A DNA stretch of 62,094 bases, counting the filler, from Sphacelaria rigidula (Eukaryota): assembly GCA_964200075.2 (NCBI GenBank). It is 5 parts of 5 records of this genome, joined end to end, with 100 filler letters (N's around TTAATTAATTAA, not from the genome) between each part and the next. Parts side by side here need not be neighbours in the genome. Positions count along the whole stretch, not along the records: positions 24,881 to 37,218 come from CAXNAA020003877.1; positions 37,319 to 49,656 come from CAXNAA020003878.1; 3 more parts are not named here. One strand, 5' to 3'. Shown here piece by piece: positions 24,915 to 38,755 of this stretch. The notes beneath the pieces are model-generated. The model saw only the letters and a program-made list of their open reading frames with translations, made no database searches and was not told where the DNA came from. Each line of letters begins with the position of its first letter. The stretch's first letter is position 1. The position numbers and the translations under genes were made by a program.

Positions 24915-27852
24915 GACCTCCCCGCGCGCGTGCGCGCGAACCAGTCCCATGGTGTTGAGAGAAACTTCGCTTCCTACATCCCCAACGCACAAAAATGATG
25001 TAAACATGACGATTGTGGATGTTTCATCACGAAAGGTACGGCGGGTTCATTGAAGTCCGATGACGTCTCCAAGGGCGTGCGTGTCGGGTAGGGTATATAC
25101 CCCATATAATAATATTTTGGTATTTTGAAAAAGTGGAGATCCGACCCATGTTCACAGCAGCAGCCAGCCCAGTGCTGTTAATCCCCCCCTTTAAAGCCTA
25201 TACCAGTCATTGCGACTGACTTAGGCAGGTGTATGTACGGCTTTTCAGAATACCAGAATATCAGGTACACTCCACTCGACTCGCCCTTGGACATCTCGGA
25301 AAAACCGGCTTTAAAATCCCCCTGATATGACTTGAGTGAGAACTTTGCAGACTCTTCAGAAGCAACCTACATGCCATACTTCATACCCCTGCGCCAGGTT
25401 AAATGGAGAAATCTCCTGCGCTGTGTCTGTAGTATGTAGTATGTAGTATGTAGCCTACTGGATCAAGAAAGGATGTGGACGTAGTCTACAACAACAGTAC
25501 ACACCATAAGAAACCCACTGCAAAAGGTTCGTCGGGATTTCATCCGTGTAATGCGACAACAGTGAGAAGTAGTCGGATAACTTTACAAATACCGGGGTGT
25601 CAAGGCATGCTCGACCTAGCTTGAGCGAAGCGCCTATCGAGCACTTACTGTGTACACTGTATTGTACCGGCTTTCAAACACGAAGAAAAGGTCGGTCAAC
25701 AGCATATCAAACTGAAAAATAGTAAACAGATCGCGTGATGCCTACCTAAAGCTCAACATACAGCAAGAGTGTGCACCATAATAAGGCCCTGTCTTACCGA
25801 GACCAAAGAAAAAAAGAGGGGAAAAAACAAGCGTCCAAAAGCAGCATGTTGATTGATCGCCGCGCGGGTTGACGGTTGCAGCGATTCATCAACATGCTGC
25901 TTTGGGACGCTTTCTCCTCTCTCCGCTTTTTTTTCGGGTCTCGGTAACGCACGGCCTAAGGATAGTATAGGGCTCGGAGAGCATGGCGTCGTCAGCAAGA
26001 GCCATGTGCGGCGAAACCGTTGTCCTTACTATTGCGTTGATTTCAGAGGATATTTTGATATCTTGACCGTATCTTCCTTCATGCCCAAACGCCGCGCACG
26101 GAGTTCACGATATTTTTTCCGATACAGAGTCAACTGACACAACTCAACGTGCGCTAGGCAGCCAAGACGCATAGCTCTCGATGCTATTCAGGGTTGCTGT
26201 GATTTACCCTTGCCGTGAATCGACCATCCAGGGTGAAGTCGAAAGCACGACTAGAAAATATCAAAATATTGTGCTATTCACATAGGTTATGAGCCAAACT
26301 TTGACCTCAGACGATCGCTGCTGGCCGGTGCTACTCGCATGCGAAAAGGCGTTGCGCTGTGATGCGTACAGCGTGAGTTGTTTGCGATCGCGTCTCGGAC
26401 AGACAGAATGGAGAATGCATTTCGGGCTTGTGCAAATATCGATATCTCGTGTCGGTCGATCTTGAACAAGGCACATCCATCGCTAATTTGAGTGCCGTCG
26501 TGGCTGGGATTGGGTCGAAGTTCTTTGAAGTGGTTATTATGAAGATTATCTTCACACAAATACTATTATATTGGTGACCATATGATTAATCGAGGTTGTT
26601 TTTACTTCGCCGTGTCTTGTTCTCCAATGTGGTGGTGAACAAGGTGTCCTCATCCCCAGCGAAACGCTGTGATTGTGACACACGCACAGAGAAGTACAGT
26701 ATGACGGGGTCGTGTATGCGTGGCAGCGGCCTTTTCTGCTCGCTTCGTTGTTTCTCCACCAAAAAGTTGCTACTCAGAATCTCCCCCAGAGTCCAGCGAG
26801 CTCAAGTTGATCCCGACGGAAAACTGGGCGCTCGAAGCCTACAAAGAAACATGACTCATGCGAATACAGGAGACTGCATGGTACTGCGAGAAAGAACAAG
26901 GGTTATGATGTTATGATAGACGCCCTCGGTAATATAATACACGCTCTCGCCACGGCTTTCGCCCAAACATGCGGGGTAATGAAATGGGCGCATGGGCGCG
27001 GGTTTACACCCAGTACAGGCACCTCGCTCGTATGAAACAGCGGAAAAACACACGGCGTTCGGGTTTCACTCGCCAGTGTTAAATCACCCTTTTGACCGCG
27101 AGCGTGGGTCATGTGGGTCATGCAATCATTTTTCGAGTGAAAATGATGCTGGTTCACCAGATGACCTACCCTGGCGACCAAAGGGTAAAACATGAAGAGC
27201 ATAAGAAGCTTGTGCCGCGGTCACTTGAAAATATGAATTTTAAGAGCGATATGGAATGGATAAGGCGGAGACACGGGAGAAAAATGAGAACACGCGACAC
27301 ATGCTCTGTCTGTCTTCTCTGGCGTGCGCGGTGGAATGTGCAAACGCCGGTTAGGGTTATGTGAGTAGCTTCGGGGGGTTGTAGGCCATGTCTAGGTCGG
27401 TTGTGGTCGATGCGCAACGACAGCGTCTTTCAGCCTTATGGCCGCCAATAACATAGTCATCTGTCTAATCGGCATCAATTTCACTTGAAAGATTGCTTTG
27501 TGGTTTGTGACCTCGATGACCTAGGTTCGCGGTGAAGGGGTTACAGAGGTGTCAACCATTGTCTCTGTTTCTCCACACCACATCTCAGCGCATGGACAAA
27601 CCACCTACACAGACTTCAGCCACGAAAATTGAAACCCCTAGAACATCTCCGGAAGCCAAACCAAAGTGTCTGAACGGACACAGGATACGTGTGCCCGCAG
27701 CCAACATCGGAACAACCAGTACCGGGCAGTACAGACAAAATCGAGGTGCCGAATACGTGTAGTAGCAATATACTGAACCCCGAAGAATCAAACCGAACTG
27801 AACCAGACCAGACCAATACACCGTATTTCTTTTGATATAATAGAAAGAATAC

Positions 27853-28304
27853 CTGACTCCAAGACTCCACTCCCTTGCGATCATAGAAACTCATCATGAG
27901 CTTCCACAGATGAGACTTTGAGCACGCCGTAAAGTCCTCCAGTACGCAACGCTGCCTCTCGCTAACCCCCGCCCCCCCCGCGCCCCCGCCCCCACCACCC
28001 GCACTCCCATCCCCCTCCCGCGGTTCCCTCGTATCCCGTCTATTCCACCCACCCCCCGCTGTATAAGCTGCACTGGCTGTCGCAGCCGTCGCACCGCTAG
28101 TGTTGCTAGATACCGGTCTCCATTCATAGGCCGGTGCGCCTTCCACGCCCTCCGCTTCCCCCCACTCTGGCTGTAGGCAACCCCCGCCGGCAGTGGCCAC
28201 GTCTTGCAGCTTCGCAAGTAACGCATGGATTTCTGGAGATTCCCTTGGTAATTCTGATGCAGCTGCTGCCGTTGCTGCTGTTGATGGTGGTGGGTGTGTG
28301 GGAT
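27853..28304 (-). CDS. Exon of a putative SAM-dependent methyltransferase-like (MidA/DUF185-related) protein
   Basis: Acceptor catacag and donor CAG|gtattc. A low-complexity N-terminal part is followed by VLEDFTACSKSHLWKLMMSFYDRKGVESWSQ. From memory this resembles the N-terminal S.LW.L...FY...G...W motif of that family; no search was run. Confidence 0.5.
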
Positions 28305-28870
28305 CTGTATGTTATACGCGTTCGTATCATGGGTAATAGCGGAAGCGGTGTTGTGTTGGTTGTGGGGTGTGAGAGATGCAGACGACGGGGATAACATTTG
28401 ATGCTGGGAGAGTGGGAAGGCAGGTGATGCTGGTGCCATCAGTTCTCGAGCTCAGCCGTATATCATGTAAAAACACATTCAACTATTAGAAGGTGTACTC
28501 AGTGGTGCGACGGTGGTAGAGTGGGGGGATCTAGGGTGCACCTACCCACAAAGCTGCACGGTGTTGCATTCGCAGGTTAATTTTACTTGGATCTCTGTAT
28601 CTGTACTGATGTACGTAGGTCAGGTACTGTCTGGCAATTGTGACTGTACGCTGTTGCCTGTCCACGACTGACAGCACTGTGTTGCTTGCACTGACTACGG
28701 CCGGGCATACGACACAACGAACAGACGGTACCGTGGGGTTCAGCAGAGGCAGAGGTGTACGGGATACTGCCGCCGCGCGTGCCGTACGGTCCAGTACGCC
28801 ACACCACACTACCATCTGTCCAGTCTGTACGCAGTCCAGTCTGGCTGTACGCAGTTTGTTTCTTCCTCAG

Positions 28871-31800
28871 CTATTGGGGAAGCGAGCAGAACTCGCTCTG
28901 CACGTATCCCGCATGCTCACAGAGACAGCCGATACAATGAAAAAAGGTTGCCTGATGGATTTTCCCCTCGGCGATTCATCTTTTTCTAACAACGTCGACC
29001 GAACTCTACAGCAATGCATTGCACGGTAGCGTGAGGTACTGTACTGTGCGTGCACTTCAGCTACTGGGAGAAGGCGTGCAGTCGTATTGCGGCCCGTCAT
29101 TTCGTCCTTCGTGAACGGTAATCATTCTCTCCACACCGCTTTTGTCACGTTTGTCATGTACAATTGTGAACGCCCTGTGAACGACACTTGACAACTCAAC
29201 ACTCGAATGAAGAGACCCATGTATTACATAGAAACTCACCAGGTTGGTCTGATATACGCAGGCCATTGATACGATCTGCCACTTCTGTAGGCGTCATGTC
29301 GACAAACACCCTCCCCTTCAGCACCGTACAGCAGTGGGTGCAGGGGGAAGAGTTGTTTCAAAACGACTGTTCAATGACTATTTGGAATATTTGGTAGCGG
29401 ACCAACGTACTTTTTCAGAAGGGCTGCACCAAATCTCAAACCAGATATCAGATATACAGAGACAGATCTGGGAGCAGAGCTGCAATAATCTCTTGTTGCC
29501 TGTTGCGATTTCAAGTAGTGGTTTACAGCAAGTTGTGCTGAATGTGAATGAATAGATAATATATGCCCAGTACGAGCGCATTTAGATAACGGTTGCCCTA
29601 GTATCCAAGCACGGCTCTCCCTGGCAGCTTGCGCTCTCCCGTTCGTTTTGACTGCGATCCCGCAGAAAAGGCTTCTCTCACCTATGAGTTATCATGCATT
29701 TATCCAAAGCACTCTTTTAATCATCATCCACGTAGATTCTGCTGTTGCCCTGATTATATATTTTGATTGAATTGGCTCTGTCTCTTGAGGGTTTTAATAT
29801 AAATTCTCGTCAAAGAAAGGATATGGGCATGTCTCTACGTCTGCATCCTCCTATTTCGAGTATTTTTTTCCGTGCTTTTCCTATCTGGGAAAATTATTCT
29901 TATTGGGATCACGGGTCTGATGTACTGGCTAATATTTTGAAGATAGAATGAGAGGGGTAAAAGGGCGATACAGGCAAGGCAGCGAAGAGTATGGAGGGTG
30001 TTCCGCCAGAGGAACGAGATCATGTGAGACTTCTTCTTTAATGTGGGCGTTCTTATTTCTCGTATTCAATATTACGAACCGTGCTCGTGATGATAATTTC
30101 CCAGCTGCAACAGAGGCCAATTTCATATCAGTCAAGTCACCTTCAAACGTCTGTACTACCGTTGCACAAGCAGCCTTTGTCTCGTTCAATAATATGGAGG
30201 CTTTTTAGATATTTTTGTTTTTAACTAGCGGGTTCCGCTTTGAACTTGTCATGCTATAATGTGGGTGGTCGTATTTATCATATTCAATATTATGAATCGT
30301 GTTGGTGATGATAATATCCCAGCTGCAGCAGAGGCCAATTTCACATCAGAGTCGAGTCACCTTCAAACGCCTGTACTACACAAGCAGCCTTCGTATCGTC
30401 CAAAAATATGGACGCTTTTTGGATATTTTAGTTTTTAATAAGCGGGTTCAGTTTTGAACTCATCATGCTTCACGATGTGAAATCTGCTAGGGTTAGAGGG
30501 GAACATGTCCTTGGAAGAGACGTGTCCACATCAGCTCGGAAAATGGCGCTACAGACTACGTCAGTGGCTGAGGCACCTGTTTGGCAACGGAGGCATGTCA
30601 CTGTCGAGGTCGGAAGCGCTTAATATTGTTGTCTTCACATTCAAAGCTTAATATACAAAATGTATACTTCAGCTCTAATTCACGACAAAAATGGCACTGT
30701 GCTTCGAGCTGGCCACCAGTACTGTGAGTGAACTGTCTGTAGTGATTGCACGACGCAAACCATGCCTTCATAGAGCTGGAATACCCGCGATCCGTCCGTG
30801 AAAATTAAAGATTGCGCTTTGTAGCACTCTGAGAGCAAGTGAAACGATAAAAAGAAAAACTCTGCAATCCGACGTAGGTCGATTACGTGCATGTCGGTGA
30901 AGGCTCAAGATACTCACGTAAGAGCCCCGTCGCCAAAAATTTAAGTTGATTATGGTGGGAAAACACAAGAGCAACCGCCCTCGTGGTGATCAGTCTGTTG
31001 CGATACCCTCAACTCAAGATCTCGTGCGGTCTATAGGGGGACGTTATCCCCTTCCCGAACAACTTCACCACAATGACCCTTGGCAAAAGACGCATTTCTC
31101 TTCGACTCGGTCCACGGCCACGTCTTGCGCGAGACGGCGTATGAACGTTGAGGAAGGGTGGCAACCTTAAAGACATGAGGAAGCCTAAACGGTGGTTGTT
31201 TTCTTTGTTACTGGAAGCGTCGACCGATAAGCGAGCGGGCCGAGTTGAACGACCACGCTGGCAAGCTCTGTCGCTGCCTCCGCGCCGGTTTGATCGTTCC
31301 CTCGATACGAGTAATTGCCATTGGAAATTGGAAATTGTTCCGAAATGAGTAGCAGCTTGGTGTGTAATCATCCTTTCAACCCACGCAGCGCGCAAAATCC
31401 CTCGTGTTGCCGATACTGTTGCGTCAACACCTACGTGCGGCCTGAACCTGCACATACGCGAAGCTTCAGCATCATCGAACGCCAGGTGTGCTATGTCTGG
31501 AAGCCTAATCTTCGTGTGATTTGTCATCCCATCTATTCTGGACACCAGTCAACACCTTCCGGTCTATGTGGACGCACCAGCCGGGAGTCACACAGGAGGG
31601 AGTCCAACACACAAGTTTTTTGTTTTGTTTTGCTGTAGCTCTCCACCTACCTTCTGCGGTGCTTGCCTTGTTTTTTGTCGCGAGGAGGGTTCAGCACTCC
31701 ATTTTGATCGTCGACCGTGAAGTCGACTTTTGTGCACCCACAACATAGTCGCTCTTCACTGTTCACCATTGTTTGAAAAAAAATCCCAGATCGTGCGACT

Positions 31801-33708
31801 GCACCGAGATTCGAACCCCATGACCCAACCGTCTTCATATTTTTGAACGTAAATAACACTGCAGAGTAAATTGATACCCGCCGACCTTGCACACACTTGT
31901 TCTTCCATTCTACCATGCAGGAACGCATGAGGGCATAATCATGGACGTACGAACTCAACAGATATCACTGCAACGGCAACGAACAAATAGATACCGCGAA
32001 ATTGCAACGCCTGTTCACCACCCCCTGTGAATGCACAGTCGGGTAGGCGTTTTTCGAAATAAATGCAGTTGACCAAACCACGGCACCATTTGAGACGGCG
32101 GTCTTTACGGTGGCCTACACTATTTATTATAACGGAAAAATTGGGTCGTTACCTACCCCTTTCCCTGTCGAATCATTTCTCAATCGTTTTATTTTTTCGG
32201 GGGGGGGGGGGGGGGGGGTTTTTGGGACGTTTTTACTATTTTTTTTCCCTTAAACAGGAAAAATCGACATTCCAAGTTCTTAACAAAGTGGGANNNNNNN
32301 NNNTGCGTCCGCCCCTCCCGCGTTGGGGTGTTGCCGTTTTTTGTTGTTGTTTGTTGTGGGGGGGGGGGGGGGGGGGGGGGTAGTTGTGCGACGTTTGACC
32401 CAGTTTTTTACCCTCAAACAGGAAATATCACCATTCCAAGTCCTGAACACTTTGCATCACCCCACCGAGAGGGTTCTAGCCCACTTCTCCGATTCGCTTG
32501 GCTCCGAGGTTCCAAGAATGGCCTGTGACCAATATCAATGCGTAGTGGAGTGTTGTGACACATGTACGTAGTGAAGTTCTGTTGTACTCATTGTTTGGGT
32601 AGATATACATGAGTTCATGAGAGGTTCATTGCTGCAAGCTGGTGGCTCGCCGAAGCGAGAAGGAACTCATGCGATTTTCGGGTATAATGAAGTATCTAAT
32701 CAGCGCGAGTTGGCGGCTTGCCAGGCGTCTCGAAGTTGATTTCAGATTTCGCCGGATCCTTGGCGGAAGGATTCAGGCAAGGATCGGTGGCCTTTAGAGA
32801 AGCGCTATTCTCCCACATGCCAACCGAACCAGGCAGTGACTGTGGTACGGCAGAAGGATCAGGATGCGCGAGGTACACGAAGGTGAGCGAGTAATATGTG
32901 GATAAGTGCCAAGGAATACTTTGGATACAGAGGACGAAAGCCGAACCCAGCGCAGAGCCGCAAGTTGTACCGTTGACCCGCAAAAACACTGCACGGGAAC
33001 ACGCTAGGAAATATGCTAACATGTGTGCAACTCCCCTGCTTCCAACACTGCGACCATTCTTCTACGGCCACCAATCCGTCTTTGTACAAATACGAGGATT
33101 TCAGTCCGTCTACAGGCGATATTCTCCCGTGAATTGATTCTTCGAATCCCAGTCCGTTGGGCAATGTGTTTCAGCTAGTTGTGAGGAAACCAGATCAATT
33201 CTCCGATTCCCTGGAAGTTCACTTTTGGTTAATCACCCCTCTTCTACTCAGATTGGGGTTTGGGGGAGATGCGGGAGTGTCCCGATCTGAACAGAAAGGT
33301 GATGAACCAAGAGTCAACTTCCAGAGGATCGGCGAATTGATCTGGTTTACTCACAGCTAGCCAAAACACATTGCCCAACGGACTGGGGTCCGAAAAATCA
33401 ATCCACAGGAGAAAATCGGCTGTAGACGGGCTGAAACCCTCATATTTGTACAAATACGGATTGGTTGCCGGAAAAAATGGTTCAAGACTCAGAAAACCGA
33501 ATCACCCAATGCCCACCTCCTCGTGCTTCCATTTTTTTTTCGCGAATGTCGCAACTTCTAGGTTGCGCAGACCCCCAGTACACGGAGGAAACGGACCGTC
33601 GTCGACCAAGAGATCGTCAGAGACCTTCGCCACTTAACCTCGAGAAAACCCTTGCCTTCGCCACCTGTTCAACGCGAACGCATGAAGGCGCGTTTGATCA
33701 TCTGGTGA
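28871..33708 (+). CDS. Hypothetical multi-exon gene (candidate exons 28871-28946, 29332-~29520, 29947-30023, 30491-30608, 32704-32882, 33562-33708)
   Basis: Several phase-compatible GT-AG joins (TMKK-AVGAGGRVVSKRLFNDYLEYL; RQRNEIM-VRGEH; ARYTK-VAQTPSTRRKR...LIIW*). The full structure is not resolved and no family was recognised. Confidence 0.35.
30063..30469. repeat. Diverged ~195-bp direct duplication (30063-30255 and 30281-30469)
   Basis: tattcaatatta.gaa.cgtg...cccagctgca.cagaggccaatttca...agcgggttc...tcatgct occurs twice. Confidence 0.85.
31512..31830 (-). mobile_element. tRNA-derived SINE, 5'-truncated
   Basis: Minus-strand B-box ggttcgaatctcgg is followed by a body homologous to 195-450. 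Confidence 0.7.
32385..32540 (+). repeat. Dispersed repeat with an inverted copy at ~36572-36725
   Basis: ccctcaaacagg.aatatc...caccccaccga...ccgattcgcttgg.tccgaggt. Its reverse complement lies near 36600-36700. Confidence 0.65.
33053..33481. mobile_element. 430-bp hairpin/MITE-like element
   Basis: The left ~200 bp is the near reverse complement of the right ~200 bp (ccaatccgtctttgtacaaata...tatttgtacaaatacggattgg). Confidence 0.85.
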
Positions 33709-34141
33709 AGGAAATCTCGTCGTCATGGGACACATCGCGGGTACTGAGTGTCGATGAGCTGCATCTTCCTTATTGTATATCTAACGTGGTACAGCAGTGC
33801 AAGCACTCGCGCGGCAATCCATTCCTTTCTTTGCCCATCTCCACGCGGTTGAGCCGCTTGGCCGCAGCCTTGGCCACATGATAAGGTGAACCCTTAGTCA
33901 CACCGTTGGCGGGATCATTGGATATACAGTAGCCCCAGTCAACTGTGTCAGGGTCTTGGAGTAGAAGGACGGAAGTACACTATTGTACATCCCAGCCGCT
34001 AGTTCGGATTACCAACTTTACACTTTTTGTTTGAAAGTATAGCCTTCTTTCAGAGTACAGTACAGCTTGATGTATGTTTTGAAGACAAGGTTGCCCTCCC
34101 ATCCGGCGTGAAACTGGACCCCACCTCCCTCAATGTGCCTG

Positions 34142-36200
34142 AAAAACATCAAAGCGGGAGGATGGTGGATCAACAGAATTGCCGAGAGAGTTCACCAGAG
34201 ATAAAGTAGAGGAGTGTGTAGCTAAACTCACGACAGAAAGGTGGCAAGGGCAAACCAAATAGTGAATGGATTCGTAAAGTACGGGAGAGAGGGAACGATT
34301 ACCATGATGGTCATGCTGTAAGTTGGATATCGGAAAACGATTACACATCCAGGAGGTGGAGAGGAGGAGTAGAGGTCAATATTTTCGAGAAAGGAGACAA
34401 GGCTGACCCAGGGAATGATAGAATGGGAACAATGCTAGAGAAGGGAGAAGAAAACAGCGAGGGGCAAGCAGGTTCTAGACCAAACCGTAGCTGTGTAGAC
34501 CACGTGTACACATTAGGTAAGATTGTTCAAGATAGGAAAGACGCCAGGCTGACAATGTACTGTTTCTCTCTGGACGTCCAAAAGGCCTATGACGCAGTAT
34601 GGAGAAATGGGCTGTGTAAAAAATTGTGAGAAAATGGGATCAGAGGAAATATATGGATAATGGTGGAGATAACAGAATGTGTGAAAACTGACATGATGCT
34701 AGACGGGGAAATCTTGAAATCTTTTGATATTTTACAAGGAGTTCCACAAGAATGTACGTTATGACCCACTTTATTCAAGGTATCCATGACTGATCTGATG
34801 AGAGCAATAGAAGCAGCAAAGCGAGGAGTCAAGGTGGGGTAAGATACGATATCAGCGTTGATCTTCGCGGATGATTTCGTGGGAATATCGCAAGCACCAG
34901 GAAGATCGCAGAAGCAAGTACAAAAGGCGCTAGAATACACCAGGAAATAGAGAGTGACAGCGAACTTTAACAAATGCGCGGTACCTGTATGTAACGAAGA
35001 TAAAATAACCCGTTGGAGTTCAAATGGAAGTGGGGAGAGGATGAGCTGCCGATCGTAGACCAGTATACATACCTTGGCGTAGAGATATTAGAAAAAAACT
35101 GTTCTTGGGATGCACACACGGATGAAGCAATAGGAAAGGGTACGGCATAGATAGGCAGGATGGACGTGGACGTGGTCCTCAGAGACTCGCACCTAGATAC
35201 TAGGATTAAGAGATGTATCCCAATCAACGTGATCGTATCAAAGCCAGAATATGCAGGATAAGTATGGGAGGGGAACGCGAAGTTGATTAAGAGGTTAGAA
35301 ACAGTACAGATGACAGCAGCTAAGAAGATACTTGGATGCTTGAAAACGACGAGTAATACAGCAATGAGAGCAGGGTAGGGAATGTACCCTCTTAGAACAA
35401 ACAGAGATATGATAAAATTGACGTGGCAATATAGCGTAAAGAACATGCAGAGAAAGAGATTGCCAGCTATAATTGATGGGGCTGTATGTAAAAAATGACG
35501 AAAGGGCAGGCTGTAATAAGGTGGGATAGAGTAGTCGAGAAAGTATGGAAGGAAATAGGAGGAAACGAAGACGAACTACTGTCCATAGGTGACGGTTCGG
35601 GGTACAAACAAATGTAAGAGAGATTATAGAATTGAGGGGAAAAGGAACGCTCAGACGCAACGCAGGCGAGGAAGAACATCTGACGGTATACGGAGAGCTG
35701 AGAGAGGGGGTGAGGATGAAAACCTATCTGCATGACCCAATGGACGTGGCGGACAAAACAAATCTGCGATCTCGGGTGGGGGACCTGGACCTGCCAGAAA
35801 GAAAAGAGAAATACCAGTAAATTAGTCGAGAGGAGGAGGAAGTAGATGCACATAATTTCCCCTGTGGCAAAGCAATACGGGAGAGGAGAACTCACATGGT
35901 GGCAGCATGTCAACTACTAGAGGGGGAAATGCGGGACGTGAACGAAGGTGGCATGAAATCGTTTGATGTGTCAGACAGTAGGGGGGAAACGATGGCTATT
36001 ATAGGAGATAAATGGTGGACACAAAAGGCGGATCAGGACGGGGATAAGATATGTAAACGGTTTTTGTGTAGTGAGTGGAAGAAACGTAATGGGTACTGAA
36101 ATGTTGGAGGTATCCCTATTAGGAGTAGGAACGGTGCTCCGTCTCGAAAGGGATGCGTGGTCAATGGTCAAACGACCAAGGCAAGCAACAAATGAGCACG
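34142..36200 (+). mobile_element. Decayed 5'-truncated non-LTR retrotransposon (RT plus C-terminal Cys/His knuckle; RTE/RTEX-like by inference)
   Basis: RT motifs EGQAGSRPNRSCVDHVYTL, LDVQKAYDAVWR, QGVPQECTL, IFADDF and YTYLGV, with many stops and frameshifts. It ends aaatgagcacg followed by C10. Confidence 0.92.
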
Positions 36201-37218
36201 CCCCCCCCCCAATTTACCTGCAGATTTGCAAATTCCCTGATGTGCTGTCGTTATTTCGTTTCCGTACCGAAATCTACCCAATCAACCCACTAGCCCACTC
36301 AACCCAACCCAACCTAATCCTACCAACCAAACCAGCCAACCCGACCTCACAAAAGCAGTACGTTCAAGCCGAAAGGCACAGACCCACCCACACACCGAAC
36401 CAACCCATGAATCCTCATTGGCGCTTGTTTCGTCACAGATGTATTCGTAGCATTTTTAACGAAAAACGAATATTATACTTTAGATATGAATCGATGTAAG
36501 CACCATGTGGAAATATTGAAATATCAACACAGAAACCTGCAGACAGCGCATTTTTTCATGTCCAGTTAGTCAGATTTTTGTTCAGAAGCTTTTGTCGAGA
36601 CCTCGGGACCAAGCGAATCGGAAGAGTTGGTTAGACTTTTTTCGGTGGGGTGATTCAAAGCGTCTAAGACATGTGATGACGATATTCCCTGTTTGAGGGC
36701 AATAAAAAAACGTATTAAATGTCCCAAGACTGGAAGCCCCCCGTCCCCCGGAAAAAAAACAAAACATAAGAAACGGTCTAAGGGGTGTTATCAACCGATA
36801 TCTCCATCTATATTTACTTTTCCCGAATAATATTAATATTTTCTCGATTTCTCCGAAAATATAGCGTCGATTTTCCGACGCTAGAGTTTCGGAGAAATCT
36901 GACGTCAGTCTGAAAATGCACACAATCACACGACAGCAGCCAGTGTACGAAAGTTGGAATATAATATATATATATATATATACACTTCCTCTGTCCCATC
37001 AGTCTGTATCGTTATGGACTTTTAATCGTGTGGGTATTTCAATGCTCACGATCATGCTACAGTTGGGCTCGTTAGAGAGATAACGTGCAGACGAAGCTGA
37101 CTGAGAAAAGAAAAAAGAAAAAAAATGTTTTCAATACTAAAATCATATCAAAATATACCCCATTTTGGCCCTTTTGGGTCCACTTATACCCCGATGTTGA
37201 CCGATTTTGGACGTTTTG

Positions 37219-37318
37219 NNNNNNNNNNNNNNNNNNNNNNNNNNNNNNNNNNNNNNNNNNNNTTAATTAATTAANNNNNNNNNNNNNNNNNNNNNNNNNN
37301 NNNNNNNNNNNNNNNNNN
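37219..37318. other. Artificial contig spacer
   Basis: N44-TTAATTAATTAA-N44. Confidence 0.98.
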
Positions 37319-38343
37319 CCGCTTGAGCGCACCCTCCACGTCTTTCTTCGTTTTTCTTTTTTTTGTTATCTTTTCCCCCCCCCCCCCCCCCCCCCTGCGT
37401 CTCGAGTTTCTTTTGTTTTCCTATTTTGTTCACTTTGGTAATGTTTATGTTCATCTTGTGACTGCGGCTGGATCCCTGTCGGATCATTTGGATGTGCGAT
37501 AATGAACCGCGTCGATCTGTCGGGCAAGATGTGTCCGGCTGATCGAGCGCGCCCATTTCGCTCGCGGACAAACATGGTCTATCCGCCAATGCGGACAAAC
37601 GTGGTGTAGCCGCCAATGAGCTGATCACATTGCTTGAAAGTGAGGTTTACTCGAGTTTGCCAAAGTTTCACGGTTGATGCATTTCGGGTTTTTAAAACCC
37701 TCCCCTAGAATCGGGTATATTCCAACCGTGGAAAGTCGACGATGAACTCGCGTACTGTGGTCAGCCCACCACTGGTGTTGCTGAAACGTTTTTTTCCAGC
37801 TGCTTATGGCGCCACAGGTTGTTGATGAAGTCTTCTGATCTCTTCCTCGCTTGTGTACCTCGAGGTATCATGTGTCTTCCTGCAGCGAAAAGACCAAAAA
37901 ACAGATTCAAGCTCATGTATTGGAGGTGCATGTATTTCAGCTTGGAAACATTACCGCATGCACCACAGCAGAAACATACCCCCTCGGCCCCCAGGAAAGA
38001 ACGATGATATCGTGTGCGCGATCGCCCGATAACCTCTTTTATCCGACCACGGTTCTGAATGGAAGGGCCAGTGAGATAAAATAAGTTCAGGGTCACTCTA
38101 GCGTCCACGACTGCAAACGTCTGTACAGGCGAGTGAAACTGCAATCCCCCCCCTCTCACCCGAAACCAGCCTCAAAAGTGTCATGATGAAAGTGGCCATG
38201 TAGCGCACGGCAGCTGTTTTCAGACTGTGCAAAGCGCCTCACATGGGCGATATTAACGACAACGATCCCAAGCGTCGGAGTTCCCAGCGGGTTGTGCTCG
38301 GCTTTTGTCTTCTCTATTAATATGTAGACGTTGCCTTCTCAAA

Positions 38344-38755
38344 CCATTTATTTTCCTTGGAGGGACTGTCATGACACTAGTCAAATGCTAACATCTGCGT
38401 ATCTACTGGGGCCGCGACTTATACTCGGGCGTAAATCCGGTTCACCCGATGGCAAAAACAGTACTTATATGATAGCACAGCAAGTGGCTGTTCAAGGGGT
38501 ACCTCTATATCAAGTATGTGCTCTGCATAAATTGTGCTGGCCTTTACCCACGCGAAAACTTCCTTGCAGTCCATGCGAAGACCATGGTACTCATGAAGTA
38601 CGTCGGGATGTGTGCCACCTACTGTACTACCCTATTACCGTTCTTCCCATCGGATGACCCGGATGTACGCCCAAATATAACTCGCGGCTGCAGCAGCCAC
38701 GTAACCGCTAGCGTTTGACTAGTGCCGTGATGGCGTCCCCAAGAAATATGAATGG
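38344..38755. mobile_element. MITE-like element with ~150-bp imperfect inverted arms
   Basis: ccatttattttccttgg...cactagtcaaa...gggcgtaaatccgg pairs with ccggatgtacgccc...tttgactagtg...ccaagaaatatgaatgg. Confidence 0.75.

Noticed and set aside
27894-28439. 181-aa Q/H-rich ORF as a gene start
   Set aside because: It overlaps, in a different frame, the exon that carries the conserved-looking motif and the proper splice sites.
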